Below are positions 25,493-38,659 of a stretch of 64,000 bases of DNA, piece by piece (the first letter of the stretch is position 1; the number at the start of each line of letters is the position of its first letter). The notes under the pieces were generated by a model. It searched no databases. It saw only the letters and a program-made list of their open reading frames with translations, and was not told where the DNA came from. This stretch comes from Lingula anatina (lineage: Eukaryota > Animalia > Brachiopoda). The translations under genes and the position numbers were made by a program. Location: positions 4,030,001 to 4,094,000 of the forward strand of contig CM120649.1 of assembly GCA_051362555.1 (NCBI GenBank), read 5' to 3'.

Positions 25493-28400
25493 CTCCCTCT
25501 GTCTATTTGTGGAGGGTCAGTGGGCTTTTTAAAAAGGTGTTGGAAGAGATTGGGTAATGCATTAGTTGTAGTGTAACTTGAGTACATAAGAGGTAATTTC
25601 GTTTACTAGCTTGTAGCCCCTGTGATACTTGATAATCTGACAAATGTTTATTGATTATTTTCTTTACTTGATGAAAAAATAAGGCGTCAGATTTTCAAGC
25701 AGATTGGCACAGATTGCCAAAAGAAATGACAACCAGGTTTGCAAGCATATTTAACATTTGGGTTCCCTTTCAGGTTGAAGAAAATCGGCGTTACAGAGTC
25801 CACAGACCACAAGAGATTGTCAAGTCCTCAGCCTTCAGAAATAGCCGTTCAATTTTCCTCCGCCATACTCTGAAGAAAGGGCGCTATGTGCTCTTACCGT
25901 GTACTTTTGAACCTGGAAAAGAGGGACAGTTTTTGCTGCGGATGTATACCAGTTCTGATAATGATGCAAGGTGAGTAATGCTTATGATTTTGTCACTCTG
26001 GGTTTCAGAGGTAATGGGAAACTTGTGTCCAGTATCAGCTTGCCCTCCTGAGACTTCCAGTAACACCCTGAGTATCAGGAGCTGTGGCAGATCGGAAGAC
26101 GTGAGCCCCTTCACTTAAGCCCCCTTTCCATTGGATGGGGTCCTCTCTGCATCCCTAAGTACACCCCACGTTTGAGAGTTAAAAAAAAACTTTATGTGTG
26201 GACAACTGGCCGATCATTGAGCAATCATTTTGCAACCAAAGGGATGCTTGTGCCTCCTTTTTACGACCACAGCGATGCCAGTTTCATGATCACACAAAGG
26301 ACGCAGAAAGGATGCCATCCAGTGTAAAGGGGGTTTTAGCCCCTGAGGTACCTTCTTCACCCCCCCCCCCCCCATCCCCCCAAAATACTGAATTCTGAAA
26401 ACTTACCTCCTTTACCAGCGGTGACACCCTTATCTTTACTACTTATGTACATGTACTATGCCAGTAGTGTGCTGATAGTGAACGTAATTTCCTCTGAGTT
26501 ACCTCTGAGACTGGTGATAAATGTGTGTATAGTAGTGCTTTTGATGGTGGCTATAACTGGAAAAATTATTCATCACAAGTTTTGAATTAAGATTCAAAGT
26601 TGATAAACACTGTGGTTCTGCTAATTATGAACATTTTATGTGATTTTTCTATAAGGCAGATTTATGATCATTTGATTTAAGAAAACATGTAAGTAGACAT
26701 GGATAAGCACATTACATGTTTTGGCAATTATGACATTTATTTGATATCTGTTTTTTTTCTGATTTAAGAGATTTTTGTATACCATTTGATAATTTACAAA
26801 AGCTTATATTTACTAAATGTTACTTTGCAAAAGAATTGTATTATCATCGATACAGGAGTCCATTCCATTTTGTGATCAGATTTCAGAGTAGCCAAAAGCA
26901 TATAGAAAGATTATTACCTCCACTTTTCATCTTTACATTTCAAGGGTATAAAGTCACAACATATTATATAGCCATAGGCATGCATGCATATATGCACACT
27001 CATGCACTTGTTGCTATCACATTTGATCAAGTAAATTGAGCTGCTTTTCATAGAAGAATTTTATCAGCTGTGTTAGATTATAAGAATGATGTGATTTTTT
27101 TCTTCAGTCAACAGCTAACATCTTCTTCGGGAATAGCCTCACTCCCTGAAGAAGATTTCCTGCTAGACATCGAAATATTGGAGGTAAAAACTATCTCAAT
27201 ATTAGCTGTTGACTGAAGAAAAAATCACATTCTTATGAGCTGCTCGTGTTGCTCTGGTGCAGAAGATTGACCCATAACAGCTCTGCTTTTGGTTGTGTTT
27301 CTTGTTCGGACTAATGGCCTTGATAATTCATAACTAGGTCAGGTCATAATCAAGATTGAGAAATAGGTCAGAACAATGACCTAGATTGAGAACTTCATCA
27401 AGACAGTGACTTTCACAGTTGATTATACGAGCCCATACCAGCGTTTTCAAAAAAAAAAAAAAAAGGGGGTGAGGGGGGAGTCTTTTTTTTTCTGAAAAAG
27501 TGGACCTTTAACCATGAAACCTTGTACCTAGATCAAATTTTACCCAGAGAAGTCCTTTTCCCAACATAAAGGGTGGTTCGTTGGAATCCCCCCTCCCCGG
27601 CTTCAGGCCTGTATTGTAATATTAGGTGACAAAAATACTGCTAACCTTACAGAGAAATTATCCGCGACCTCCCTCCACCAGACCTGTGGATGCCATGTTT
27701 TCTACAAACAGACCCTCAGCAAGTGGCACATATTGTAGTCAAAAATGCTGTTGGTCTTGAAAGACAGGATACAGCAGAAGGAGGTCAGGATGGATGGTCT
27801 TTGTCAAATAGCATGCTTTCTGTTTACATATGTGCATGAGACTTAACTGTATATTATATCATATGTGCTTTTGATGTTATGTGAGCTTGGTATAAATGTC
27901 CTTTCTAAACTCTGGGGCCTGTTTCTCAAAAATAATTTGGCCCAGACGTAGATCTTTATTTTTTTAGCCCAAAATTTCAGTCCACATTAACCCAAGTTAA
28001 TGTGGTAGTAAACTAGATCAGCTGTTACTGGTATATTGCACCTTTTTATTACAAGGGATATTTTTCTTGGAACAATTCTTACTTTATTCATTTTTTATAC
28101 AAGTTAACTGCTTTGGAGTTATTTTTAACTGAAGCACACCATATCTCTGATGTTTTTAAAAGTAAAAACTTTTTTGAGAAATCAGCCCCAGGAGAAGAAG
28201 GGGAGGGAACAGTCTTTGGAATATCTGGCAGACGACATTAAAACTACTAGTAATGTAGATTTTTACCCCCAAAGCACTTTGCATAAATGTATAACTTAGA
28301 GCTTTTCTAACTTTTTGAGGCATAAACAGAGCTTTCTTATTTTTTAAGTGTACAGCTTTTATATGCAGTTTCAGTGGCTATTTAAGTGCTCACAGTGCCT

Positions 28401-31400
28401 TTTTTTAGTGCTTGTAAACTTAGTTTGTGTTTTTATTCCTCAGCTGGTGTACCCCTTGTTTATTAGGCTGTTGCTGACAGCTAACAGTCGGTAATTTAAT
28501 GAACACTTGTGACAAGAAAGTAGACAGAGCCACTATTTAAAACCACAGTCATTTACTAGTATTTTCTTCTTGCAAATTTGTTTGCAGTTTGCCACACCTG
28601 AAACAAAAAAAGAAGTTTGAATTCCAATTGTCAGTTCCCATGATTGCCTCCCCCCCTCTGAGGCCCCTCATGACCTTGGTCTGACCTCTACATGGGATCA
28701 GATAGTTAAAAATTATTCCAGTTAAAAGATCATTGCTCAACTTTGAGGGATTCAGAACAAGTTGATTAGTCGACTTAAAGATCCGTGGACTAAATATGGC
28801 TGACTCACTTAAAAAGCAGTGCTGATGGCCTCCCTGCCTCCACACATACTATATCTGCAGGCCAGGGACCTCACAACTAAATTTTGGAGTTGAGATTTAA
28901 GCCATTTAATGCACCTATGGAAGGGGGAGACTCAGGGGATTGAGCAGGACTGTTTTTTAAGTTCTTTTGGCCATATTTAGTCAGCAGATCAGATAGTCAG
29001 CAGATCATCTGTTCTGAATGTGCTTTTTGACTCTATAATTCCAGTGGTTTGGTCCATGATCACCCTGTTCCTGGATTTTATACGCCATGTTTTATGTGGA
29101 CACCACCTCAGATAGTAACTAAAACAGTGGTCAAACAAGCAATTGGCCTTGAAAATTTGGATAGATCTACAGGTGGAGGTGAGAGAAGTGTGGCAAGGTC
29201 AAGCAAGGTCAAGGTCAATATAAGGTCAATGTCAGCTCAGGAAAACGGACTCTGCCCCTCACCCTCCAACCTCCTTTGACTAATCTGATATCTTTCTTTC
29301 CTTTGTTACATGTAGACATGCTTAACTTTTAGGACAATAAAAAAGACACCATTGTGCTTCTGCTCGCTCCTTAAGTACATGTAAATATGTAGATAGTATA
29401 TGCAAGTACTTGGCAACCCCATGATAGAATAGGGCACTTATTTCAAGCTAGCATGTGGAATGTGACATGGTGCACTTATTATAGTATATTTTATACTCCG
29501 AGCTAGCATTGGAATTATGCTTAACTGTTGTATGGGTATGAGGAATGATTTGGATTATGTATATTCATATTGTTATTAGGCTTGCAACTTATATATCTTT
29601 AATACAAACCAAATAGAGTTATACATATTTATATAAAAATATTATAGCCATAGGAGTGTTGCCTTTCAGATTCATAAGAAAAGATTCCAATGAAAGAGGG
29701 TTATGTTTTTGTCAGTGTTTGGGTTGCCTGTGTGTCTTTTTCTTAGTCAACAAACTATCTCAAGTAGTCATTCACAAATTTTGATGGAAGTTTCAGGATA
29801 GACTGATTTTTAAGCAGAAAAGAAGTGATTATTTTTATTTAATCTGGGTTTGATGATTTTCAAAACATCTTGTTCTAGTTCAGTTTTCTCATGAGGTTTG
29901 TATAAGTTCAGGAAAAAGAGGAAGTCAGTTTTCATTTTCCCTTCTTTTCTGAAATGGGAAACGCTGATGGAATTTTGAGTATGTCAACTTTGTATCACAG
30001 AATAAGTCAGATTTCAGGATTATTGCCATATTTTTTACAGGGTACATGGTTGCTAGCTGGATCTATTTACTGTATCATCTATTCTCTGTGATTTAAATTA
30101 TGAGCAAATCTCATCAATTTTAAAAAAGAAAAGCCTTTAATTCTATACCTTAGGGAGATGATGTATGACTCCCCCCAGAAGCCTTGTCTGTGTTGTTTCT
30201 GTTGGTCAGCGCCCCAAATGGTTACTAAAGTTATCACACGCAGAGCAACCGGTCTGGAGAAACAAGACTCAGTAGGAGGTAGGGTGTGCTTGACCTTGAA
30301 CTTTGACCTGTGGCTATCATACTAACCTTGACCTTCTACTTTTGACACTGACCTTTACTTCTAACCTGTGGTAGATGTAGTAGGCATGGTGAGCTTGACC
30401 TCTGACTTTCTTAATTACTTTGAACTCTGACCTGTGACTTTCATACTGACATTGAACTGTTGTTTTCACATCGACCTTGAACTTTAACCTGTGCTTTCAC
30501 ATTGACCTTGATCTTTAACCTGCATTTGTTCATGGCATCGGTTTAGTCAAGAAGTCAAGACCTTAGTTAAATTTTTAGAAGAAAATTATTTTTAATTTCC
30601 ATTTTATGAAGAAAATGTTCACAGTCAAAAAAATTTAGATGATTTAGTGCTGTTGACCAACCTTACAATTTATTGTATGAGTTACATTAGTTATTACCTG
30701 GTGATGTTTTTATGTTTCAAGTTGGTGAAGGTTTAGCCTGCTTTAATGCAAGGTATTAGATCCTACTGTAATTACTCAATAAATATATACAGCATGAATT
30801 ATAATATATCCATAAAATATTTTTTTAAGTAATATTTCAAATTTGATTCAAAGGCTTTGAAAAATAGTTGGCTGTAATTTTAAAGAGCATTCTTTGTGGG
30901 CATGTCTGATAATGATAAAACTAGAAGTTAAATGTTGGACAAAGTGCGGCATTTTAAATTTTTGAGTAATTACTGTATGTGAACTGCATGCTTTGTTTTG
31001 GTGGTAAAATTGGGCTTGCTTGTATTTGCAAATTGTTTAAGTTTTAAGCTGTTATAAGCTATATACGCATTTACAAATTATGAATAATACTTTTTAAGAC
31101 ACTGAGTAAAATGTATTTAAAATTTTTTCCAATGATTTTATAAACATTTGATATTTTGCAATAAAAATAGTTTTAGAAACTATAATTGATTTTGCATCAT
31201 TTAATCAATTATTTATATGGAAATGATTAAAGACTTGTTTCATTCACAAGTTTTATCTAGATTCCAATACACTCCTATTACAAGGAAAATGTGGTACAGG
31301 ATACTTTCTGATTTATCTTAAAATACTGTTCTAATTTTAAGGTGCAGACCCGTACTGTATCATAAGCTGTGAGGGAGAGAAGGTGACCACTCCCGTTCAA

Positions 31401-31865
31401 AAGGACACTCTCAACCCAGGCTGGGACACGGCGGCCATCTTTTACAGGAAGAAACCGCTAACTAAACCAGTCAAAGTTCAGGTAATGTTTGAACTTTTTT
31501 TTCCATTATTATTGTTATTATTAATTTTTTTTAAGGGGAGGACTTCTTTGCTGGACAATCCTGCAGATACATCTGACTGATTGTTGTATTATGAAATGAA
31601 TAAAATATGAAGCATTCAAAAACGTGGTCAAAACATTTAATTTTCATTTATATATTATGTAATTTTAATGTTGGATTTTTTTAATTTTTTTAAGGACTGG
31701 TAATCATAACATAAATATATGCTTTGTGAGAAAGCTGTAAATGTACTTGTTTGATCAAAAATTTAATTTTTCTTCCAGATTAAGAACTTTAAAAAATGCA
31801 GTTGCCAGATCTGTGTTGAATATGGAACTGTTATGGTTTTGTTAAAAATTATTATTATTATTTTA

Positions 31866-31896
<31 letters not shown>

Positions 31897-32098
31897 TTTT
31901 TTTTTTTTTTTTCAGATTTGGAATAGCAACAATATCAGGGATGAGTTCATGGGACAAGCCATCTTCGTTGCCACTGAGCCATGTGAGAGTAAAATACTAG
32001 AGGTAGACCTTTACGGAAGAAAAAACGAAAAAGCAACCAAAAAACCAGGGAAGCTGATCGTTGAAATGACAATATGCAAGGAAGTGGATGCTCTGTAA
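21687..32098 (+). CDS. CAPN5: Calpain-5 (TRA-3 type: CysPc, CBSW and C2 domains)
   Basis: Exons: 21687-21857 (GC donor), 22191-22322, 22641-22849, 23191-23383, 23754-23950, 24180-24257, 24799-24979, 25294-25407, 25774-25970, [27653-27783 or 29045-29178 or 30154-30278], 31342-31481, 31916-32098. Catalytic triad [18 protein letters not shown]; C-terminal C2 domain ([20 protein letters not shown]) instead of penta-EF hands. Confidence 0.95.
24640..24830 (+). repeat. Four-copy 48-49 bp tandem repeat spanning a calpain 3' splice site
   Basis: The unit ..tag|gatgactttygatgacytytgyacct occurs with AG at 24651, 24699, 24748 and 24797. Confidence 0.9.
27089..27231. mobile_element. Intronic MITE with ~30-bp TIRs
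   Basis: atgtgatttttttcttcagtcaacagctaa ... ttagctgttgactgaagaaaaaatcacat. Confidence 0.7.
27653..27783 (+). CDS. CAPN5: Calpain-5 alternative exon 10A
   Basis: cttacag|...|gtcagg; 131 nt, phase 2 to 1; encodes [43 protein letters not shown]. Confidence 0.8.
27912..28191. mobile_element. Intronic MITE (Harbinger/Tourist-like termini)
   Basis: ctggggcctgtttctcaaaaa ... tttttgagaaatcagccccag. Confidence 0.6.
29045..29178 (+). CDS. CAPN5: Calpain-5 alternative exon 10B
   Basis: ttccag|...|gtgaga; 134 nt, phase 2 to 1; encodes [44 protein letters not shown]. Confidence 0.85.
30154..30278 (+). CDS. CAPN5: Calpain-5 alternative exon 10C
   Basis: ccttag|...|gtaggg; 125 nt, phase 2 to 1; encodes [41 protein letters not shown]. 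Confidence 0.85.
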
Positions 32099-32117
32099 AA
32101 GAAAGAGTAAAAAAAAG

Positions 32118-32575
32118 AATGCAACTGAAATACTGTAGATGTGCAAAATTTGGTTAATTGCCCAGTCCTGAAAATTTACTCAAACTATCACCAGTCGGTA
32201 GATTTATGGACAGACTTAGGCAAAATGATCAACTTATTTCAAGATGTGGGATTCTCCTCAATATTTAAAATGCAGCTGAATTTCTTTCTATGTGAACAAA
32301 ATTTTATTAATTACCCAGTCCTGAAAAGTTACTCATACAATCACCAGTTGCTAAATTTATGGACAAACTTTTGCAAAATTATCAACTTGTTTCAAGATTT
32401 GGGGTTCCCTTCAATATTTAAAATGTAGCTGAATTTCTTTCTATGTGAACAAAATTTTATTAATTACCCAGTCTTGCTAGGTTACTCATACAATCACCAG
32501 TCGGTAATTTTATGGACAAACTTATGCAAAATGATCTACTTGTTTGAGGATCGGGGATTCCTCTCAATATTTACA
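32118..32575 (+). repeat. Three-copy ~153-bp tandem repeat at the start of the calpain-5 3' UTR
   Basis: The unit aatgcagctgaa..ttaattacccagtc..atcaccagt..tttatggaca..tcaatattta repeats three times with divergence. Confidence 0.85.
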
Positions 32576-34440
32576 GCAGAAAACAATTTTGATCAGAAGG
32601 TACATTCCCTTCCATGGGACCCTTGTAAGATAGTGGCAAGAAGCTTGCAGCAGAGTGATAGGGGGTTTTATTTGTTCATAAAAAAGCTTGGTCTCCAATT
32701 TTATACCCAAAATAAATCAAAAGTAGTTCAAAAATATGAAACAGGGTGTCCCGTGTAATAACAAGCAAGACATGCTGTTTCTGTGAAATACTTGTACAGT
32801 AACTAATTTTTAAGGGGACAACTATGTAGTCTCCAAATGAATTAGACCATTTTTATTAATTTTATCTATAGGCAAATAGGTCATATTAGACAAATTTGTT
32901 GGGCTGAAGTTTTTTTGTGAACATGAGTGTTCAGTGTTGAAAAGTGCGACTTCAACAGCAATTATTTTCTAACAATATATCTCTTTCCAATTTCATTTAT
33001 TTTCTGTAAACAAAACATTGCTATGAATATGTTAATTATGCTTTGCTTCTCGCTAATGTTTGTTTAATTTCAAAGAAAATGGACACTTTGAGGGTAACAT
33101 GTTCTTTTAAAAGGTATGAGCATTCTCAATATAGAATTTTCCTTGTGCATTTTCTTAGGTTGTTTAGTTTGCAGAAAAAAGGGCATTTTTTGTTTGTTTT
33201 TCTGTCTTGTATAAAATTCTATAAAGTTTTTGATCTTGTAGCAAATAGGTCACATTAGAGACTAACTTAGATAATGGTAGAATTTTTTTGGCTATGGTGA
33301 TGCTTGTTGCTGAGATATCTTGCCACAAAGCTAACAGCTTTTTAGTCATAAAATGGTCTGGGAGAATCAAGACTTGCCTTTGCTGCATGGATGCATAACC
33401 AAATATATTACCTAGCAAGGGTTTCTCACCATCCAGCCGTCATTTGAACAGCCGCCAGTATCACCAGTTGGCCTATATTTTCAAAGAGGGCTGGACAGCT
33501 TATGGAATTTTGGAAATTCAACGGCTTTAGGCATACTTGGACTCCCTTATATTTTGTAGGAAATTACAGGTGGTAATTTTGGATGGCCTGTACCCCCAAT
33601 CCTGGGAAAAGCCATTTCCACTGAAAAGGATGCTTGTAATAGCAGTGATATTTATTTATTTAGATTTTGCCATTTTGTGCCAAGTGTAGGGTTCAAGTGA
33701 TAAACATTGACTGAAGAGAGGAGCTAGTAAACAAATTATTTTAGAGAGAATACAGGAGCACACATCAGCATATCATAACTGTGTTTGCATTTGCTAGCAG
33801 ATTTTGAAGATATTTTTACTGGTACATTATACATTTATATGTTTTCAGGCTTTGCATTATATATATATTATCTGTGAGGACAACACTGACCTTTATTATC
33901 CAGAGGAAGGAAAATGTGTGTAAAAAGTCCAGTTGCAATTTTATATTTTTGTAGGTTTTGTCAGCAAAAAAGATTCTGGTCAAAGTGTTTTATGTAATGA
34001 TGTTAAAGAAAGTGTTTCAACAATCATGGTATACTAAACAAATTTCCAATTTCATTAGAACAAAATTTTATCATTTAATTAAAATTTCTTTAATGGTTTG
34101 TGTAGCTGCATGAACTTTATATATAACTTGCATCTGGAATCTCGAGGAGTCCTTATTAAGGCATTAAATTCTGGGTCAATTTACTTCACGTATTTGAAAT
34201 TTTTACATAAATAGATGCATTATGATTTATTATTTCTGAAAGTGTGGCATATTTTTGTATTGACACATTTTTTTACATCCCCACAATTAAATAAGGGCAG
34301 GTTTAGTGCTTACTGCTTTCCTTGTTTGAAATGATTACAATAGATAAACAGTCACTGTAACTTTTTCAGAGTGCTATTTTTATAGATGTGAATCTTTTGC
34401 TTGCAAATTTTCTTACAAAGTGAGTTATGGTAAAAATTGG

Positions 34441-34446
34441 AATAAA
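34441..34446 (+). terminator. Candidate calpain-5 polyadenylation signal
   Basis: AATAAA followed by T-rich sequence, ~2.3 kb after the stop codon and before the transposon-rich block. Earlier AATAAA hexamers also exist. Confidence 0.35.
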
Positions 34447-36628
34447 ACGCGTCTCAAAATGCTGTTTACTTATTTCTTCATTTTTGAAAAATGATTTGTA
34501 AATACTTTACAGGAATAATTATACTGACAGTAAGTGAAAACGCATGAGAACACTTTCTTGTACTTGTTTACCAAGAATCGATTCCAACCATATAAACTAG
34601 TACAAATGCACTCGTTTGGTCATAAGAGAATGGGCTGACCACTCAGATATTTAAAAATTCTGCTTCAGTGATTTTGTGATCAGCTATTACAAAATCATGT
34701 GTTTTTCCTGTTTCGTGATTGGTGTGAATTAATCAGGTTCAATATATGGTGATTAATTAAGCCTATTTAAGGTAGTCACCAAATCCAGTATGACACATGA
34801 CAAAAAAAGTTCAGTGATGCCATGCCTGACTCTGGAAGAGCGACTGCGGGCCCTGGGGATGCTGGGCGGAACCAAAGAGATTTGATCACATGACCTTGCA
34901 TGACGTTTTCTTACCTTTATTTCACCTTGTATGACTGAATAATAGGTCATATTTCCCACGAAAACTGTTATTTACTTAATGTGCCAAGAAATTTAAAACA
35001 TTATTTGATTAAAAAAAATGATGCGTTTTTATGGACTGTCAGTATACTAACCTCTGTCACAGATCTTACAGCATTTGAACAAAAACATCATACAGGAAGT
35101 TCCACTTTATTTTTTCTGAATCTTGACACAAAATTAATAAAATACAGAAAACATATCTAACAAAATACACAACACCATGAGATATTTATGACATACAAAA
35201 TGTTCATTCTCAGTTCCAGAGTGGCTGTCCTTAAAACTGCTTTTAAAACCTTTTAATCTATCTTTCATAAAGTACAGGCAATGTTATCCTCTCTGATGTT
35301 GTGAATATTTCGGATGCATCCTATTCCACATTCAGTCTTTTTTTTGTCTCCCTTGTTAGGCTGCAAGTAGCTTGTCATCTGTTTTCTTTATTATTTAATT
35401 TTTCACTTGTATTAATATTTATCTATTTTAGTTTCTTGATTTGAAACTTGTGTACAAGTTGGAAATTACAAATGGGAACAAGCAAGTCAAATAAACCATA
35501 TGAGAACAGATATCCTCCTTTGTATCACTGGAAGCGTCACCTGTCACATTGGATCTGTTATGACGAATTTAAAGCACACTGCTCTCTCAGATGTCCACCA
35601 TTATGCGTCTCACAAAAAAATGACAACATGACATTCAGACAAGGTTGTCCTCTTAGATGCAGTTAAGAGATATGAAGGCTCCAATCACACAATCAGTTAA
35701 AAGAAATTGGTGAAAACCTTTCACCCTAAGTAAGATATAATCCACAAGATATGGTATCTATCTTTCATAAAATACAGGCAATGTTATTCTCTTCGATGTT
35801 GTGAATTTTTCAGGTGTAGCAGTTTCTATATTTAGAGCTGACTTGGAGAGTGCCTCGATCATGATTTACTCTCTGCTGTTCATTTAGCTTTTATAGTGGA
35901 TGCCATTTTTTTCTGCTTCTACCGGTACATGTGCAGGTAGACTACTATATATAGCCACAGTGTTCAGGGAATCTAGTGAAAATAACAACTGAAAAGGAAA
36001 ACGATAAACAGTTCAGTAGACTATCAGAACACCATATATTCTGAGATATTCTGACTTTTTATTTTAAATTTATTATTCTTTAAATTAATATTGTAAGTAT
36101 TATTTATTTTTATAACTTACATAAAACAATATTTTTATGTATCGTTTTCAAAGTACACCTAATACCACAGAGTAAATAAAATGTATTTTGATACTTCTTA
36201 GTCAAGGGGGAATCCTACCTTTTTTCTTCACAATACACTTTTTCTCACTGCTGCCTTCAACTTTGTTGTAGGTGATGCTGAAAAAAAAAGATCAACAAAG
36301 AGAGCAAAGCAAAAATATAACTTGCATCATCGGAAAGATGTTGCAGCCTTTGCTTGTATCCATGTTTTCTATTTATTATAAAACATGTTACTTTGTAAAA
36401 TATGTATTATGATTGACATTATATCTGGGAATTTTGAGTTACAAATTCAGCAAAAATGTAGATAATGTAATCTGTTGTTTACAGTGCTGCATGTAGCTGG
36501 ATCACTCATAGTTACACTAATTCAATTGTTACATGAATTCCTCACATTTGTATCACCTCAATATTTACTTTATATGTCACTCTTGCTGTGGTTTTAATGT
36601 GTGTTCTTTTCAGCATAGATTTAGATTA

Positions 36629-36728
36629 GGCCACACTTTTTTAATTTTATGGATGACATCCTGCGCGCGCACCGATTTTCGTCCGTTCTCCAAAAAAAAA
36701 AAAAAAATCCCCCCCCCCCAAACCGCTC

Positions 36729-36759
<31 letters not shown>

Positions 36760-37766
36760 ATGCAAGGAAGTTGGTTGTCGCAAACATCGTTATTGAATTT
36801 GCAGGAAAATGCAATCGGCAATTCTCGGCTAATTCCGCAAGCTCTTAAGAGATTTTAACAAAAAACCAAACTTTTTAGAAAAAAACCAGGGACAAACTTT
36901 GAATGTAAAAATGGATTCATTAACCATTGGTAAGTATGGGAAAATTGTTGTTTACTCCAGGAAAATTCATTTTTTGGCCGAAACGAAGAGTTATTATTGC
37001 TTTAATTTCAAAATACACGACAATTAAAGTCATAAAGAGAACGGGGGCCGTCTTTTTGGATTGGTTTGCCATTGATATTGGACATGGAGATATCACCCTT
37101 TTACAATTATACGAAAGGCTGGCCGCGGCCAGCGATCATCGCCCGGAAAATTTCAGTGACATTCTGTCCAAAGCAGCACATACCAGTTTCTTTTTGGAGC
37201 GAAAAAAGGGTCGACAAGAGCGTCGTGGTATTTGGTGGACTGAAGGTCGGACAGGCCACCCGATAGTTGGCTGCTAGCGTTTGAGTCGAAGTAGACAAAA
37301 TGGCATCGACCGAAATTACCTTAGTAGTAGGAAGCATAGGCCCATCTTTGCTTCATTTTTTTAACAATTCTGTGAAGTGTTTACAATGCTTTAATTTTCT
37401 GAGAGTACAAATTAAGACACGCTGTTTATTTGATATTTGTTTTATTGGATGCTATACCAACAGAATGCATGAAATAACCTTAAATAGATTTGGTAATATG
37501 CAGCATATATATTCATGACTTTTTACCTTTCTACGAAATAGGCCCTATTCACAAAGCTTTAATATTTTGAGAGCATGGATAAAGACATGTTGTTAGTTTG
37601 ATACGTGTTTCTGTGGTAAATTAGTGTTTCCAGCTGTGTACTGAAAACATAACTTTTCTTAAGCAGTTTTTTTTTTTTTTGGACTGTTTTTTTTTTTTTT
37701 TCGCCCGCTCGCACCGACTTTGGGGTCCCCAGAGGATGTCATCCATAAAAATAAAAAAGTGTGGCC
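36629..37766. mobile_element. Non-autonomous DNA transposon, ~1.14 kb, ~34-bp TIRs, TTA TSD (PIF/Harbinger-like)
   Basis: tta|ggccacacttttttaattttatggatgacatcct ... aggatgtcatccataaaaataaaaaagtgtggcc|tta. Confidence 0.8.
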
Positions 37767-38659
37767 TTACAGTGTGCATTCTTTTAGATCACCAGTGTAA
37801 GTATTTTTCAAGGCTTTAACAAGGAATTAACTCCACTTAAAACTAAGTCTTACAACCATAGGAAATGAACATAGTCAATTTATTCAGAACAAGAGACATC
37901 TATGAAATTGAATGATACAGATAGAGAACTTATGCTGAATGATATCAAACTTCAAACTGTTCAGAGTGCAAAAAAAAAAAAAATGCTGAGGAACACCAGA
38001 ACCTGCAATCTCACCTAGACAAAAAAAAAAATAAAAAAAATGCTGAGAAACTCCACAACCTGCAATCACACCTAGAAAAAAAGGGGGGGAGGGAGGATAA
38101 TAATCACATGGACTCCAATACCCAGTGATATGGAGTCTGGGAGGATTCTGAAAAAGACATAAGAGCTAGAAGAAGACCAAAAGAAGGAAGAGTGATCACT
38201 CAGCAACCCACTGGTCTAGAGGAGCTGTTAAATGCAGAGTACACAGAAAAGGAGGTCATATGTTCTTAGATGGAAGGGGAGAAATTACCAGGGCCCAGTT
38301 TCATAAAGGATGTTTAGCACTAACCAGTGGATAAATTCTCTAAACACTGGTTGACTAGATGGCAGTTCAAATTGTTTAATAAACAACATTTAAACAGTTG
38401 GTTAGTTAACGGATGTTTAATTGTTTTAACCAGTGTTTAGTTGCTATGAACAACTTATCCAGACCATATTTGAACATTGTAAACTAGCATGTCTCTACCG
38501 TAGTGGTTACTGAATTCTTTGACAAACTTAATCAAGAGCTGTCTATGAATACTCTATGTATTGGACATGAAGGGAGGGACTAGACATAGAAAATATTGCT
38601 ACAAAAAGAAGCAATTAAGAAGTGAGAATATAAAGCCGATGGTAAATATTTCTTTAAAA

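Noticed and set aside
27241-27340. Possible fourth calpain exon-10 copy (Cys-containing frames, NGLD-like stretch)
   Set aside because: All frames hit stops, there is no phase-compatible donor, and the shared PQ/GLE pattern is missing.
35259-35820. ~60-bp direct repeat at ~35259 and ~35759 with coding-like sequence between
   Set aside because: No protein family or element boundaries were identifiable; probably decayed repeat DNA.
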